A stretch of 64,000 bases of DNA, taken from the IMG/VR virus record IMGVR_UViG_3300022908_000001, positions 1 to 64,000 of that record, one strand, 5' to 3'. Source of the stretch: a virus. Each line of letters opens with the position of its first letter. Within the stretch, counting starts at the first letter, position 1. Position numbers and translations under genes: made by a program. The notes beneath the pieces are model-generated. The model worked only from the letters and a program-made list of their open reading frames with translations, did no database searches and was not told the DNA's origin. This document shows positions 9,352 to 19,291 of this stretch, one piece after another.

Positions 9352-9839
9352 TCCTCCGAATTGATAAGTGAATTAGCGTCGATGATAGCGTTTTGAGCTT
9401 CTGATGGCACACCGAATAAGGTAGCTGTTACCGCTTCATTATATGCCAAATTAGCCTTTGTTGCAGCATTGCATAGTTTTGAACAGTTGCAACACCGTAG
9501 CTTACGCGAAACTTCTCTTGCTTGGTTGTTATAGAAGTTGGCAGCGAGAAAATTATCCGTACCTGTTTTAATGGTTGAGCCGGGTATGGTGAATGCTAAT
9601 GAGTTGTTTAGGTATGAATCTGCTGTAAGTGTAATAGATGCCGTGAGTAAGCCCGGTGTGAATGTTACTGTAGCTATGGGATTGTTAAGGCCATCTGTTA
9701 TCGTGTCGAGTCGGGAAACTATGTTGCCGAGTGTTACGCCGTCTGTATTGGTCGAGTAATTCGAGATGTCCGTTATGATGACAGTTTCGCCAGACGCCGA
9801 CTGTGCAAGTGATACTGCTGGTTGGAAAGGTACTGCCAT
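9336..9839 (-). CDS. Putative tail hub protein
   Basis: IITDISNY N-terminus and C-terminal CCNC helical region, as in crAss-type hub proteins; context. Confidence 0.5.
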   Translation of the reverse strand: MAVPFQPAVSLAQSASGETVIITDISNYSTNTDGVTLGNIVSRLDTITDGLNNPIATVTFTPGLLTASITLTADSYLNNSLAFTIPGSTIKTGTDNFLAANFYNNQAREVSRKLRCCNCSKLCNAATKANLAYNEAVTATLFGVPSEAQNAIIDANSLINSEDCQCQ

Positions 9840-9864
9840 GTCTTTAAAAGTTTGTCTAAGGTAA

Positions 9865-12800
9865 TTATTTTTTCTTATTTGTAAAAGTATTCACACCAAC
9901 ACCAAATTGTGACGGAACAAGCACCTTGAGTGCGTTGGTTATGCCGCCTAATTTATAAGCCTCGTAAACATCTGTTGCGGGTAACGGAACAAACTCTTCC
10001 GGCACATTAGGCCATAAATGGTATGGTTGCCCCACAACATCTTTTCCTGCCATTAGATTAGTCGCACTTCCGACAATAGGGTTAAGCTTACCGCGCACAA
10101 AGCTGATTGTATTATCCAAACGTGTTGGTGCCCCAAACTTACCACTTGTCAGGCTTTTTGGTTGAGTTGTTCCCGCAGCTACTTTTTGACCCGATAGCAT
10201 TTGCGACAGGTAAACCACATATTGTGTCAATCCACCTAAAATATCATAACGGGTATCACCGTCCTTTATCTTTAAGAAATCAGAACCACGCGGATCGTGT
10301 GAAACTTTTAATCCTGCCAGTGATGCCATAGTGAGTATCGTTCCTGCCGTGGCCAGTGTTTTACCAATGTCCTTTGCCGCTAACACCTTTGCTGATCTTG
10401 ACAATCGAGGGTCACCCCACAGATATAATGTATGGATACGGGCAGCCATGAATCGGGGCGAGAATAACAGGTTACTTAATACGGCAGGCTGTTTACCTCC
10501 CAACGCATCAGGTATATTGCCACGACCGGAAAGTACATTAACCACCGTAGCCAAGTCGCGGAATGCTTCGGGATTGTTTTTGAAAGTGTATCCACGTTCC
10601 TGTAACTTAGCGGCTTCTGAAATAAATACACCCGTTCGTATAGCGTTTAAATAACCGGTATAGGCACGTTCTGCACCCTGATGTATTTTACCCAATACCG
10701 GGATTTTCTCCAACAGGTTCGACGTAAATTGCTCTTCCCGTGCCAATAATTCAGGGTTGTTTTTCTCGCTGATATATAAGCCGGACGCTTTCATCAATTC
10801 GTATTGAGGCGAACGTTTAATATCTGAAAACCAATCCTGATACTTCTTTTCGGAGAAAGTCTGACCAAACATCGTCTTCAATGCCTTCACAGCCTCTCCG
10901 GGATGCGCTACGGTTGGTATTAAACCCTGACGCAATACAGCCGAAAAGTCCAACGTGGCTTTTATAGCACGTGGCAATGAGGCAACGTTCAACGTAACAT
11001 CTTTAGCTTTCTCGAATTTGCTCCGTTTGTCGAGCTCACGTCGAGCCTGCTCTAAGTCGTAATCATGTCTTAATGCATCCCTCTTTCTGCGCAACTCCAT
11101 AGCCTCCGGTGACTCATCGGGCTCCTTTGGCTGTGGCTTTTCATAGTCACCCTTAGCTATTTTGTCCTGTAACTCCTTGATTGATTTTTGAAGTTGTCGC
11201 TTGCTTGCTTCCTTATTCTTCTCGTCATAAAGTCCATTTTCCTTATCCAATTCCCTAAGACGGGTACGCAGCGCCTCAATCTTCTCATCGGCTACCCTCC
11301 GTTTTGGTTCGGGTAGCTTACGCAATCCATTTTCAGCATCGTCAATTTGGCTTAGTAACTTAGCTTCATTCTTTAACTTGCGTATCTGTTCCTGAATGGC
11401 ATCTTTGGTAACCGGTTCATTGTACTTACCACTAACCAGATCATACATTTCTTTGGTGGATAATTCTTTCAGGTCGAGTTCTTCTCTGATTCGCTTAACA
11501 ACCTCCGAAAGTTCTGTTATTTTCTCGTGCGCCAATGATGTTACCATTTTAGCTACATAAGGCGCTGCGGCACGTAAGAATTGAGCAGATGCGCCAAAAA
11601 CATCATTCAACTGGCCATTCTTACGCATTTCAGCTAACTTCTTACTGAACTCTTGCGATATAGCTTTTCGTTCCTTAACAAAATCTTCATGCGTCTTGGC
11701 TGTGCTTCGGGTACGTGGTTTTGATACAGCCTTTTCAGCTTTTAATCTGGCTATTTCTTCCTGTGATTCCTGTAACTTCTTCTCATAAGCGGCATTAGCC
11801 TTTTCAAGTTCAGAATGACGATTGCTGACATCGGCCAGTTGGGTTTCAGTAAGCGGTTTGCCATCGTTTAACCTGCGTTCATTTCGTATAAGCGATTCTA
11901 AGGAATAGTTATTATGCAACTGGAACTGACCGGACTTTAAAGCACGACCGGCATTACTGCGGGTAGCATCATTTGCATTAGCGACATCCTGAAAGTCTTT
12001 CAGAGCGGCGTCACGCTTACCTGTCAACTCATCCAGTTTTTCAGCACTCATGGTAGCCGCACCTTCTTCGATTCGCTTGTTCAGATCAACTATCTCGTCA
12101 GTACGCGTTCCGATATGCTTAGCTAATATGGCATTTTCCGTATCGGTAGCTACGTGCTTATCATCCTTTATTTTACGAACTAATTCGTGAATATCGTAAC
12201 CGTCTTTAAGGGCTTTATCTGCCTCTGCCTCGACTATATCCTTACTTCGCGTACCACCTTTATTGTCATCCAATTTAACATCAACCTTGTCAGCTTGCTC
12301 TTTTATTGAGGTTTTTTTGGAGGAAACGGGTTCTTCTGATTTGGGTGGTTCAGGAACTACTTCTTCCGCTTGCTGTGCATCGCGGCCGCCGCTGTTTTCG
12401 GGTTGTGGCTGACTTTCTCCGGCAACTTGGCTCCCTTCGGTGTCTCCGATTGGAACTTCGCTGCTATCTCCGGGTGTTGGCTGTATAGGTACGCCCGTTG
12501 TGCTTGGCTCTTGAATGGCATTTTGTTGTTCTCCTTCCTGTGTTATTGGTTCTGCATTAGTAGAAACACCCGCATCGGCTACCAATGGGCTAACACCTTC
12601 CTGCGCAGTATCGACAGGACTTTTATTTTCAGATGTAGTTTCGGATGTTTCTATACTGCTGTCTTTTGATTCAGGCGTTAACCCGACTATATCAGCTATC
12701 TCATCAGTTTTTACCTGTGATTTAGCTTTGCGTTCCATATCCTCCAATTCATACCGTTCAGGCGTAATTTCTTCTTTAACGCCATTTACAGTTTTAAAAT

Positions 12801-14443
12801 ACTTTCCCTCATCGCCTTCAACTCCTTTTGAATAAGTAGTACGGTTTCCCGTAACCAGGTCTTTTAATTTATCATTGGCCTGGTCTATCTTATCCTGTAT
12901 CAACTGCTCCTGCTGTCCGGGTATTTCAGATACAGATGGGTCAAGTTTACTTCGCTGTTCCTGTAAGTCCTTTAATTGACCCTCCAATTCATTTCGACCC
13001 ATAATAATGGATACACCTTTTGTAACTTTTTTAGCAGGCAAGGTGGGCGGTAACTTGGCTACCGTATTGGATAGTAAATCAACTCCGTCCTGTGCTTGCT
13101 GTATCTGCTCATCAGTCCAGCCCTTTTCTTTACCGTGTTGTACAACGTCTTGTTTTAGTGACGCAACAGCTTCGGGGCTATTATCGGTCTGTAATTTCTC
13201 AATAGTTGGATTAGGATTGTGCCCAAGCATGCCTAACATTTCACCAGCGCCCGTTATCCCGCCAAATACTGCGGCAGGCGAAGTTATTATATTGCCCAAT
13301 GCTGCTTTCAAATCACCATGTGGGTTCTGATCTAAACCGAACGGTTCCGATACCCCTTGTACAAAGTCTGCACCTGTGGTATCTTTAAACGGCTCTTCGC
13401 CACTCACAGCATTGGCTAATTTCTTAGTTCCGAATGTGGCAGCATTAGCGGCAGATAACTCCGTGCCAACTTTAGCATATTGGGCTATAGCAGATAACCC
13501 AGTTTGTCCAACTTTTTCAGCAAGCGTGTTGGCTTTGGACAGGAAAGCATCTGCAATATCCTGCGAGGTTGCCTGTATGCCCTTTTCACCTAATTCCTGT
13601 ATGGCTTCGGCTGTCAAGCCTGATACGATATTGCTTTTAGCGGCGCTCCCGAATGAGTTAAATACCTTACCCATGCTGCCACGACCTAACGCTGTCCCAA
13701 TAACACCTGAACCGAGTATGAAGAGGTCGTCGGAATGGTTATCAAACTTAACGCCATTGTCCTTCATCTTTTGAACGGCGGTTGCAGCTTGACCGGCTGT
13801 TTGCAATCCAAATGAAGCGCCGCCTGTTTCCCCCGCTGTTATTAAGGACGGAGCCATAAAAGCGAATTGGTTGATAGCATTGTGAACCTTACTATCGCCT
13901 TGTTGCAGTGTGCTCGGGTCTAAACCGAATGTTTCCTTTCGGCTATCGGCAACCTGATCAAGTACCCGCTTTGTTTCCGCATCATCAACCAGACCTATTT
14001 TATTTGCGCCATAATACAATGGGGCGATAGTCATATTGGCAATACCTTTATTCAAGCTGCCTGCTATGGATTTTAACTCATAAGCGGCTTTTTGGCTAAA
14101 TGTTGGCGCTACGTATTGTTTGATTTGATCGGGTTGTTGATCTGGTGCAACTAAGTTTCCACCTTGCGCTTGCCTGTATGCAGCCAAGTTGCCCTCAAGT
14201 TGGTTCGACAGCGCCTGTGATTTCGCATCTTGTGCGGCGTGGTATTGCGGAGTAAATGGCGTAACAGGTTCAGTACTTGACGGGGAAAGGGGGTCGGGTA
14301 GGCTACCTAAACCAGTTAATGAACCTGTGCCACCAGTAGAGTGGGGTATATTTTTTTTTAGGAGGCGGCGGGGGTAACCCATCGTCTCCTGAACTAACCT
14401 TTTTAGGGGGAGGTGGTAATAAATCGTCGTCTACTGTTCCCAT
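9865..14443 (-). CDS. Large ejection (cargo) protein; true start probably 14443 with a frameshift at the A9 run 14351-14359
   Basis: 1505-aa ORF with an acidic linker and coiled coils, third of three ejection-like genes. ATG 14443 directly follows the upstream TAG and encodes MGTVDDDLLPPPPKKVSSGDDGLPPPPPKKK in another frame. Confidence 0.65.
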
Positions 14444-16018
14444 CTATTTAATATTATATCCCTGAGCTTTATAATAATCAACCAGCTCTTGTTGCGTATA
14501 TCCTTCGAATCCCGGCTTACCTACTTTTGATTGTATTTGTTGTAACGTTGTCGTTTTCCCATGTTGCCCGGTTCCGGCATTATTCTGAACCGTAGGCAAA
14601 TGCTTCTTACCACCAACTGTTCTTAATGCAGATATGTCTACCTTCTCGCCGGTTAATTGATTCACCAACTCATTTAGTTCAACATCTGCGTTAGGGTCTT
14701 GTTTATTTATCGTTACCACGTGCGATGGCTGAACATCAGCATAGTCCCCAGCGCCATTATTGGCTTTCGGATCGAACTTTCGGCGTGCCGGAATAGTGAA
14801 TTTTATATTATCTCCCTCTACCTTAATACCCAGTTCTGTTTTTGGATCATAAGACGGATCAGCCTTTAGCCGGTTTGTAAGCGTCTCCCCACTCCCCGGA
14901 ACTCCTGTCAACATATCACTAACTAACTTTTGACGGTATATCGGAGTGGTGTCTTTAACTCCTTTTTCTTTAGCCAACTCCATGCGTTGACGAGCCAAAT
15001 CTAAATTAGCTTCACTTATAGCTAACCTGTCTTCTCCATAGTCAGGCACTTTTTTTGTTTCTACATTGGCGTCGAGCCTGCTTCTAAAATCGCCCAATAC
15101 CTTACCATAGCCCGCATTTTGCTTGGTGACTACATCAACTAATTTATCCTTTGCATGCGGGTCGGCTGGGTCAATACCGGCAGCTTGTAGCGTAGCAGTA
15201 TAATGCGGTTGCTGTGCATTCTGTAATATCTGGTCAGCTATAGCATTAACACGTGGTGCATCAGTAGGATATATCGTTCCGCCATGACCGTTTGGTATAC
15301 CACCAATATCACCAACATGGGGGTCGATTCCATATCCTTGAAGCAATGGTGAAAACTCCGGTTGGCTTAATATTGCCTGCCCTTGTACAACATGGTTGTG
15401 TGAATTTGGTTCCGTTATGGTGTATCCGCCTGCGCTTCTTACATTTGCCGTAGCGTGTCCCAACTTCACCGCATCATTCAAGTCCAAATTCCGTTCTTCC
15501 AATGGCGGTGGCGGAGTGTATAATGCACTCACGGGATCGCTGTGATATTTTTGCAACCAATCAATATTGGCCTGTTTGCTCTCAGGTGTATAGTTTTTAC
15601 TCTTATCAGCTATAGCCGTAGCTACTGCAACTGCCCGCTTATTAGCTTGGTCGGTAGACTTCGCAACCGTATTAAGCTGATTTGTTTGACGGATGAAGTC
15701 AGGATTTGTAAAAGGGTCTTGCCCTGTAGAGGCATGATACTGCGCTGCGCTGCTCAATAAGTCATCGAATTTAGGTTGTAGCCATTTGGTGTACTCATTG
15801 GCAATCTCGGGTGTTTTAAACTGATACAGGTGATTTGCATATGCTTCATTAGCTTTCTGTTGCTGTTGCTGTAATAACGCCGCCTGCGCACGCCTGTCGG
15901 ACTCTCTTTCATTAGCTAACTGCATGAAGTATCCCGTAGTCCTGCTTTGTGGCAGAACATAGGCTAATCCTTGCCCTTGTTGCGACTGATCGCCTTCAAA
16001 TCCTGATAGTTCATCCAT
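14444..16018 (-). CDS. Ejection (cargo) protein 2
   Basis: 524 aa, Gln/Ala-rich helical; lies between the pilot-like and large ejection genes. Confidence 0.6.
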   Translation of the reverse strand: MDELSGFEGDQSQQGQGLAYVLPQSRTTGYFMQLANERESDRRAQAALLQQQQQKANEAYANHLYQFKTPEIANEYTKWLQPKFDDLLSSAAQYHASTGQDPFTNPDFIRQTNQLNTVAKSTDQANKRAVAVATAIADKSKNYTPESKQANIDWLQKYHSDPVSALYTPPPPLEERNLDLNDAVKLGHATANVRSAGGYTITEPNSHNHVVQGQAILSQPEFSPLLQGYGIDPHVGDIGGIPNGHGGTIYPTDAPRVNAIADQILQNAQQPHYTATLQAAGIDPADPHAKDKLVDVVTKQNAGYGKVLGDFRSRLDANVETKKVPDYGEDRLAISEANLDLARQRMELAKEKGVKDTTPIYRQKLVSDMLTGVPGSGETLTNRLKADPSYDPKTELGIKVEGDNIKFTIPARRKFDPKANNGAGDYADVQPSHVVTINKQDPNADVELNELVNQLTGEKVDISALRTVGGKKHLPTVQNNAGTGQHGKTTTLQQIQSKVGKPGFEGYTQQELVDYYKAQGYNIK

Positions 16019-16020
16019 CG

Positions 16021-16713
16021 CTAAAAAGGTTTCCAGTTAGTGTAGTCCGGTACTTTATATGGTACGTACGGGGTGTTATTTGTGGTAATAGGGGTTGCAT
16101 ACGGGCTATTGTTTACCGGTGAGCCCTGTGGCTGCGTAGTCGCATCTGAACCACCGCCGTAAGCTTTAGCTGCACCAATGACGGATGAACCAATATCATC
16201 CAACCCGCTGTACAAATTCTGCTGACCTGCGCCATACATTGATGAGGCAAGATTAGCTGTACGCAGGTATGGTTGTAGTGTATTGTTGTTGTACAATTGC
16301 CGTTGCCATTGAGCCTGATTTCCCAATGCAGATTCATAACCGCCCAATGCCTGCGCTTTATATTGCGATTCTTGTGCATTTAAATTATTGGTAGCCAAGT
16401 TGGTTCCTTGTCCTATGCGTGTAGCAAGGTCGAGCACGTCTCCCCCGCTTGAAGCGCCTTGACTGCCCCGGTAGAACTGCGTCGCTGAATTCCGGTTTAT
16501 ATCATTGCGTGCTTGTGCATCGCCGGGCATGCCATTCGTGTAGTTGCGAGCCGCTAAGTCTGTGGCTAATCCAACCTCGGAAGGCATTTCCTCGGGCGTA
16601 AATATGTTTGATTTAGCCAAACGGTTAGCCTGCGCTGTTTGATTTGCGCCTTTAACAGCCTTATATATGCCTAAGCCTGCCGATACTGCGCCTGCGGCTA
16701 TAACGAAACTCAT
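16021..16713 (-). CDS. DNA pilot/ejection protein 1
   Basis: Gly/Ala-rich hydrophobic N-terminus (IAAGAVSAGLGIYKAVKG), Gln/Asn-rich helical body. Confidence 0.65.
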   Translation of the reverse strand: MSFVIAAGAVSAGLGIYKAVKGANQTAQANRLAKSNIFTPEEMPSEVGLATDLAARNYTNGMPGDAQARNDINRNSATQFYRGSQGASSGGDVLDLATRIGQGTNLATNNLNAQESQYKAQALGGYESALGNQAQWQRQLYNNNTLQPYLRTANLASSMYGAGQQNLYSGLDDIGSSVIGAAKAYGGGSDATTQPQGSPVNNSPYATPITTNNTPYVPYKVPDYTNWKPF

Positions 16714-17174
16714 TGTAATGCCTCCTGTTTTCTTCCTTCTAAGTATGGGTTCTCGCGAGCCTCTATAATATCATGTTCAACCAATAAAGCCGTTTCCTCA
16801 ACACCGCATTCATCTGTAGGAAACCGTTCTGTCGGATGAAAGGTAATCAGCATTGTATCTTCATGGGTAACGAACACCCTGCGCGTTCCCGGTTCTGTCA
16901 CACCCTTATGGTATCCGATTACGCGCTCCCATCCTCTGCCCTTAAGGTAAATATCAACATTCCCATAAGCGATAACGAATTGGTGCTGTGTTTTATGGCA
17001 CTTGCTCATTATCTCCAACCCGGCAGGCATAAACAATTCACGGGAGTACAAGCCTTTGGTGAACACATGCTTTACAGGTAATTCTACCTGTGGCTTGTCT
17101 GCTATCGCGGCGTGCACGAGGTCGAGAACCTGGTCTTCAGTGAATGTTTGCTCCATTTTGCCTAAAGTTATCAC
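16710..17174 (-). CDS. Cupin-fold protein
   Basis: KHVFTKGLYSRELFMPAG...SKCHKTQH...EPGTRR...ITFHPT pattern, commonly found next to podovirus ejection genes. Confidence 0.65.
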   Translation of the reverse strand: MITLGKMEQTFTEDQVLDLVHAAIADKPQVELPVKHVFTKGLYSRELFMPAGLEIMSKCHKTQHQFVIAYGNVDIYLKGRGWERVIGYHKGVTEPGTRRVFVTHEDTMLITFHPTERFPTDECGVEETALLVEHDIIEARENPYLEGRKQEALQ

Positions 17175-17626
17175 TTATTTTTTAATTTAGCAATCGCGGC
17201 ATCATAGGCGGATGTATTAGTCCCGTAGTTCTGTCCATTAAACGCCGCTACAGGATATCTGTAAGATGAAGTCCGGCTACCGAGCCACCCGTCAACGGGG
17301 CTTATCCCACCCATTATTTCATCTTCTGACTTGACATCCGGAGCAGCAGCAGGATTAGCTTTCCATTTTTGTATCAATGACTGCCTGTAATTCTGTAAAT
17401 CCGATTGGACTGCCGGAACTTGGTCGTATGTTAAGGTAAAATGTGGGTTTTGTGCCCGGTATTCTTCCATTAACTTCTGTCCTAAGCCGGTGTCACGGTT
17501 ATCCAATGCGGGATTTCCTTGCATGCCCTTCTGCTTTAGGTAGTCCAAGAATGAGTTCCATTGCATTCTCTGGTCATTGCCTAATGGTGTTCTGCTTGTA
17601 GCTGCGGCTGCTTTTACGTACGTCAT
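17171..17626 (-). CDS. Hypothetical protein in the virion module
   Basis: 151-aa ORF coupled to the cupin gene. Confidence 0.6.
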   Translation of the reverse strand: MTYVKAAAATSRTPLGNDQRMQWNSFLDYLKQKGMQGNPALDNRDTGLGQKLMEEYRAQNPHFTLTYDQVPAVQSDLQNYRQSLIQKWKANPAAAPDVKSEDEIMGGISPVDGWLGSRTSSYRYPVAAFNGQNYGTNTSAYDAAIAKLKNK

Positions 17627-17665
17627 AATTTAAAATTATATAATTACCATACAATAATAATCAAT

Positions 17666-18256
17666 TTATTGCAACCATTTCCATTTTCTTCTTTTTGCTA
17701 AGTCATCTATATGGCGCCTTTGTAAATTAGGGAATGCCTCACAAATTTGTTTTATCTTACTACCCGAATCATACATTCGTCTAATTTCCAAAACCTCATA
17801 CTCTTTAACGGTTCTATTTTTCTGCTCGGATATAGGCTTTTTAACAAATCCAGCATTGTATCTTGCGTCAAAACGCGCTTCGGTAGCAAGCCTTGTACAA
17901 TCTTGGCACCTACACCCATAACTATATGCGGTTTTACTTGGATGGGTAACTACCGGCATCCTTCCTTTGAGTTGAGCATCGTTCATGTTATCTTTCTGCG
18001 TACCCAAAAATAAGTGAAACGGATTTACGCAACTCGGATTGTCGCATTTATGGCAAATTTTCATACCTTCCGGCACTTCTCCTATGTAATGCATATAAGA
18101 ATACCTATGCGCAAAATACCCCCTTTCCCTTGTTTTAAATGAACCGTAGCCTTTTTTGTTTTTGCTTGCCTGCCATTCCCAACAACCGTTTTCTGGAGTG
18201 TATTTAACGAAACTAATAAACCTTTCAATATCAGATAATTTACTTCTCGGTGGCAT
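17666..18256 (-). CDS. HNH homing endonuclease (copy 2) with C-terminal HTH
   Basis: GCWEWQ, AHRYSY, ICHKCDNPSCVNPFHLFLGTQKDNMND, GCRCQDC; C-terminal VLEIRRMY helix-turn-helix; paralogous to 2251..2745. Confidence 0.9.
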   Translation of the reverse strand: MPPRSKLSDIERFISFVKYTPENGCWEWQASKNKKGYGSFKTRERGYFAHRYSYMHYIGEVPEGMKICHKCDNPSCVNPFHLFLGTQKDNMNDAQLKGRMPVVTHPSKTAYSYGCRCQDCTRLATEARFDARYNAGFVKKPISEQKNRTVKEYEVLEIRRMYDSGSKIKQICEAFPNLQRRHIDDLAKRRKWKWLQ

Positions 18257-18355
18257 AATACTAAAAAAGCCGATGAGCCGGGTTCAGTCTGCCAACATCC
18301 CCCGAATCAACGGCTATTAAATATCTTACTAACCGTGGCAGCGGTTATTTATCAA
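18257..18355 (-). ncRNA. Structured leader RNA upstream of HNH copy 2 (two hairpins, kissing loop)
   Basis: AACCG-CUGCCA-CGGUU hairpin. Long stem AGCCGUUGAUUCGGG/CCCGGCUCAUCGGCU with UGGCAG at its apex. TATATTTG promoter immediately upstream. Confidence 0.7.
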
Positions 18356-18366
18356 TACAAATATAA

Positions 18367-19290
18367 TTAAAACGAACGAGAAGTTTCGACATAATATGTC
18401 TCCACAGAGGATATTTCATTATACTCTGTGTCGTCGCATTGCAAATCAATAATAAGCCATCCGCCCTGCATTTTACGCCCATTGAATAGGGCGTCTAATC
18501 GCCTTTGAGTTGGGTCACTAATTCCGGCGAAGTTCGGGTCGGTAACACAGCCCAAAATATCCGCCCAAAGTTTATTGTCAATTAACTTAAAGTTATTTTT
18601 CTTTAACTGAGTCAGCATACCATTAGGAAATTGATTGCTATCCGGCGTGGTTATCGATGGCATATACCATTTTCCTACCGCATCTAATCTAAAGTTATAA
18701 AATATTTTCTCACGTTGATATTCAGCATTGACAATTATAGTTAGCTTTGATGAATATTGGTCACCATATAGGTTATTTTGAATAGGATTGGTGTTGTGAA
18801 CCCATAATTCACCATTCTTCCAGCTTATGAATGAGTCAATGAATTTAGCCATGACGTCGTTTGTGTACTCGTAATCGGCACACCATTTATTAGCCTTATC
18901 AAAGAAAGATACAACCTGAGCTGATTTTGGGCCGAGAAGTAAATCATAAAACTTCAAACCGTCAACCTGCAAATTTCCATCTGAAAAGAAAAATATCGAA
19001 CTGTTATTAAGCTGAGTTAGTGTTTCGGTGTACGTACCATTAGCTGTGCGATTTGTGCCAGCTTGTGTACCAGCATATATCTGAACACCGCCAGATGTCC
19101 TATTGGACACTGGGTATGTAAAAACGTATTGCCTACCGACTACCAATCCAAAATCAGTAAGGGATTGCGTAAAACCGGCATTACAAGCCGAGTGGATTAA
19201 GCTTCCATCGGAAATAACCCACCCTGTGTCTGTTGCGGCGACCGGGGCGTTTACATAGCCAGTTTGATTTTGTATGATTTGCAGGCTCAT
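18367..19290 (-). CDS. Tail muzzle/stabilisation protein, C-terminal part, with an N-terminal carbohydrate-binding-like domain
   Basis: SFFDKANKW...FISWKNGELWVHN...NNLYG...SKLTIIVN resembles the C-terminus of crAss-type muzzle proteins. Confidence 0.6.
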   Translation of the reverse strand: MSLQIIQNQTGYVNAPVAATDTGWVISDGSLIHSACNAGFTQSLTDFGLVVGRQYVFTYPVSNRTSGGVQIYAGTQAGTNRTANGTYTETLTQLNNSSIFFFSDGNLQVDGLKFYDLLLGPKSAQVVSFFDKANKWCADYEYTNDVMAKFIDSFISWKNGELWVHNTNPIQNNLYGDQYSSKLTIIVNAEYQREKIFYNFRLDAVGKWYMPSITTPDSNQFPNGMLTQLKKNNFKLIDNKLWADILGCVTDPNFAGISDPTQRRLDALFNGRKMQGGWLIIDLQCDDTEYNEISSVETYYVETSRSF

Positions 19291-19291
19291 G

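Noticed and set aside
9865-14382. Virion RNA polymerase as in Crassvirales
   Set aside because: No DxDxD-type catalytic motif recognised; sequence looks like a coiled-coil ejection protein
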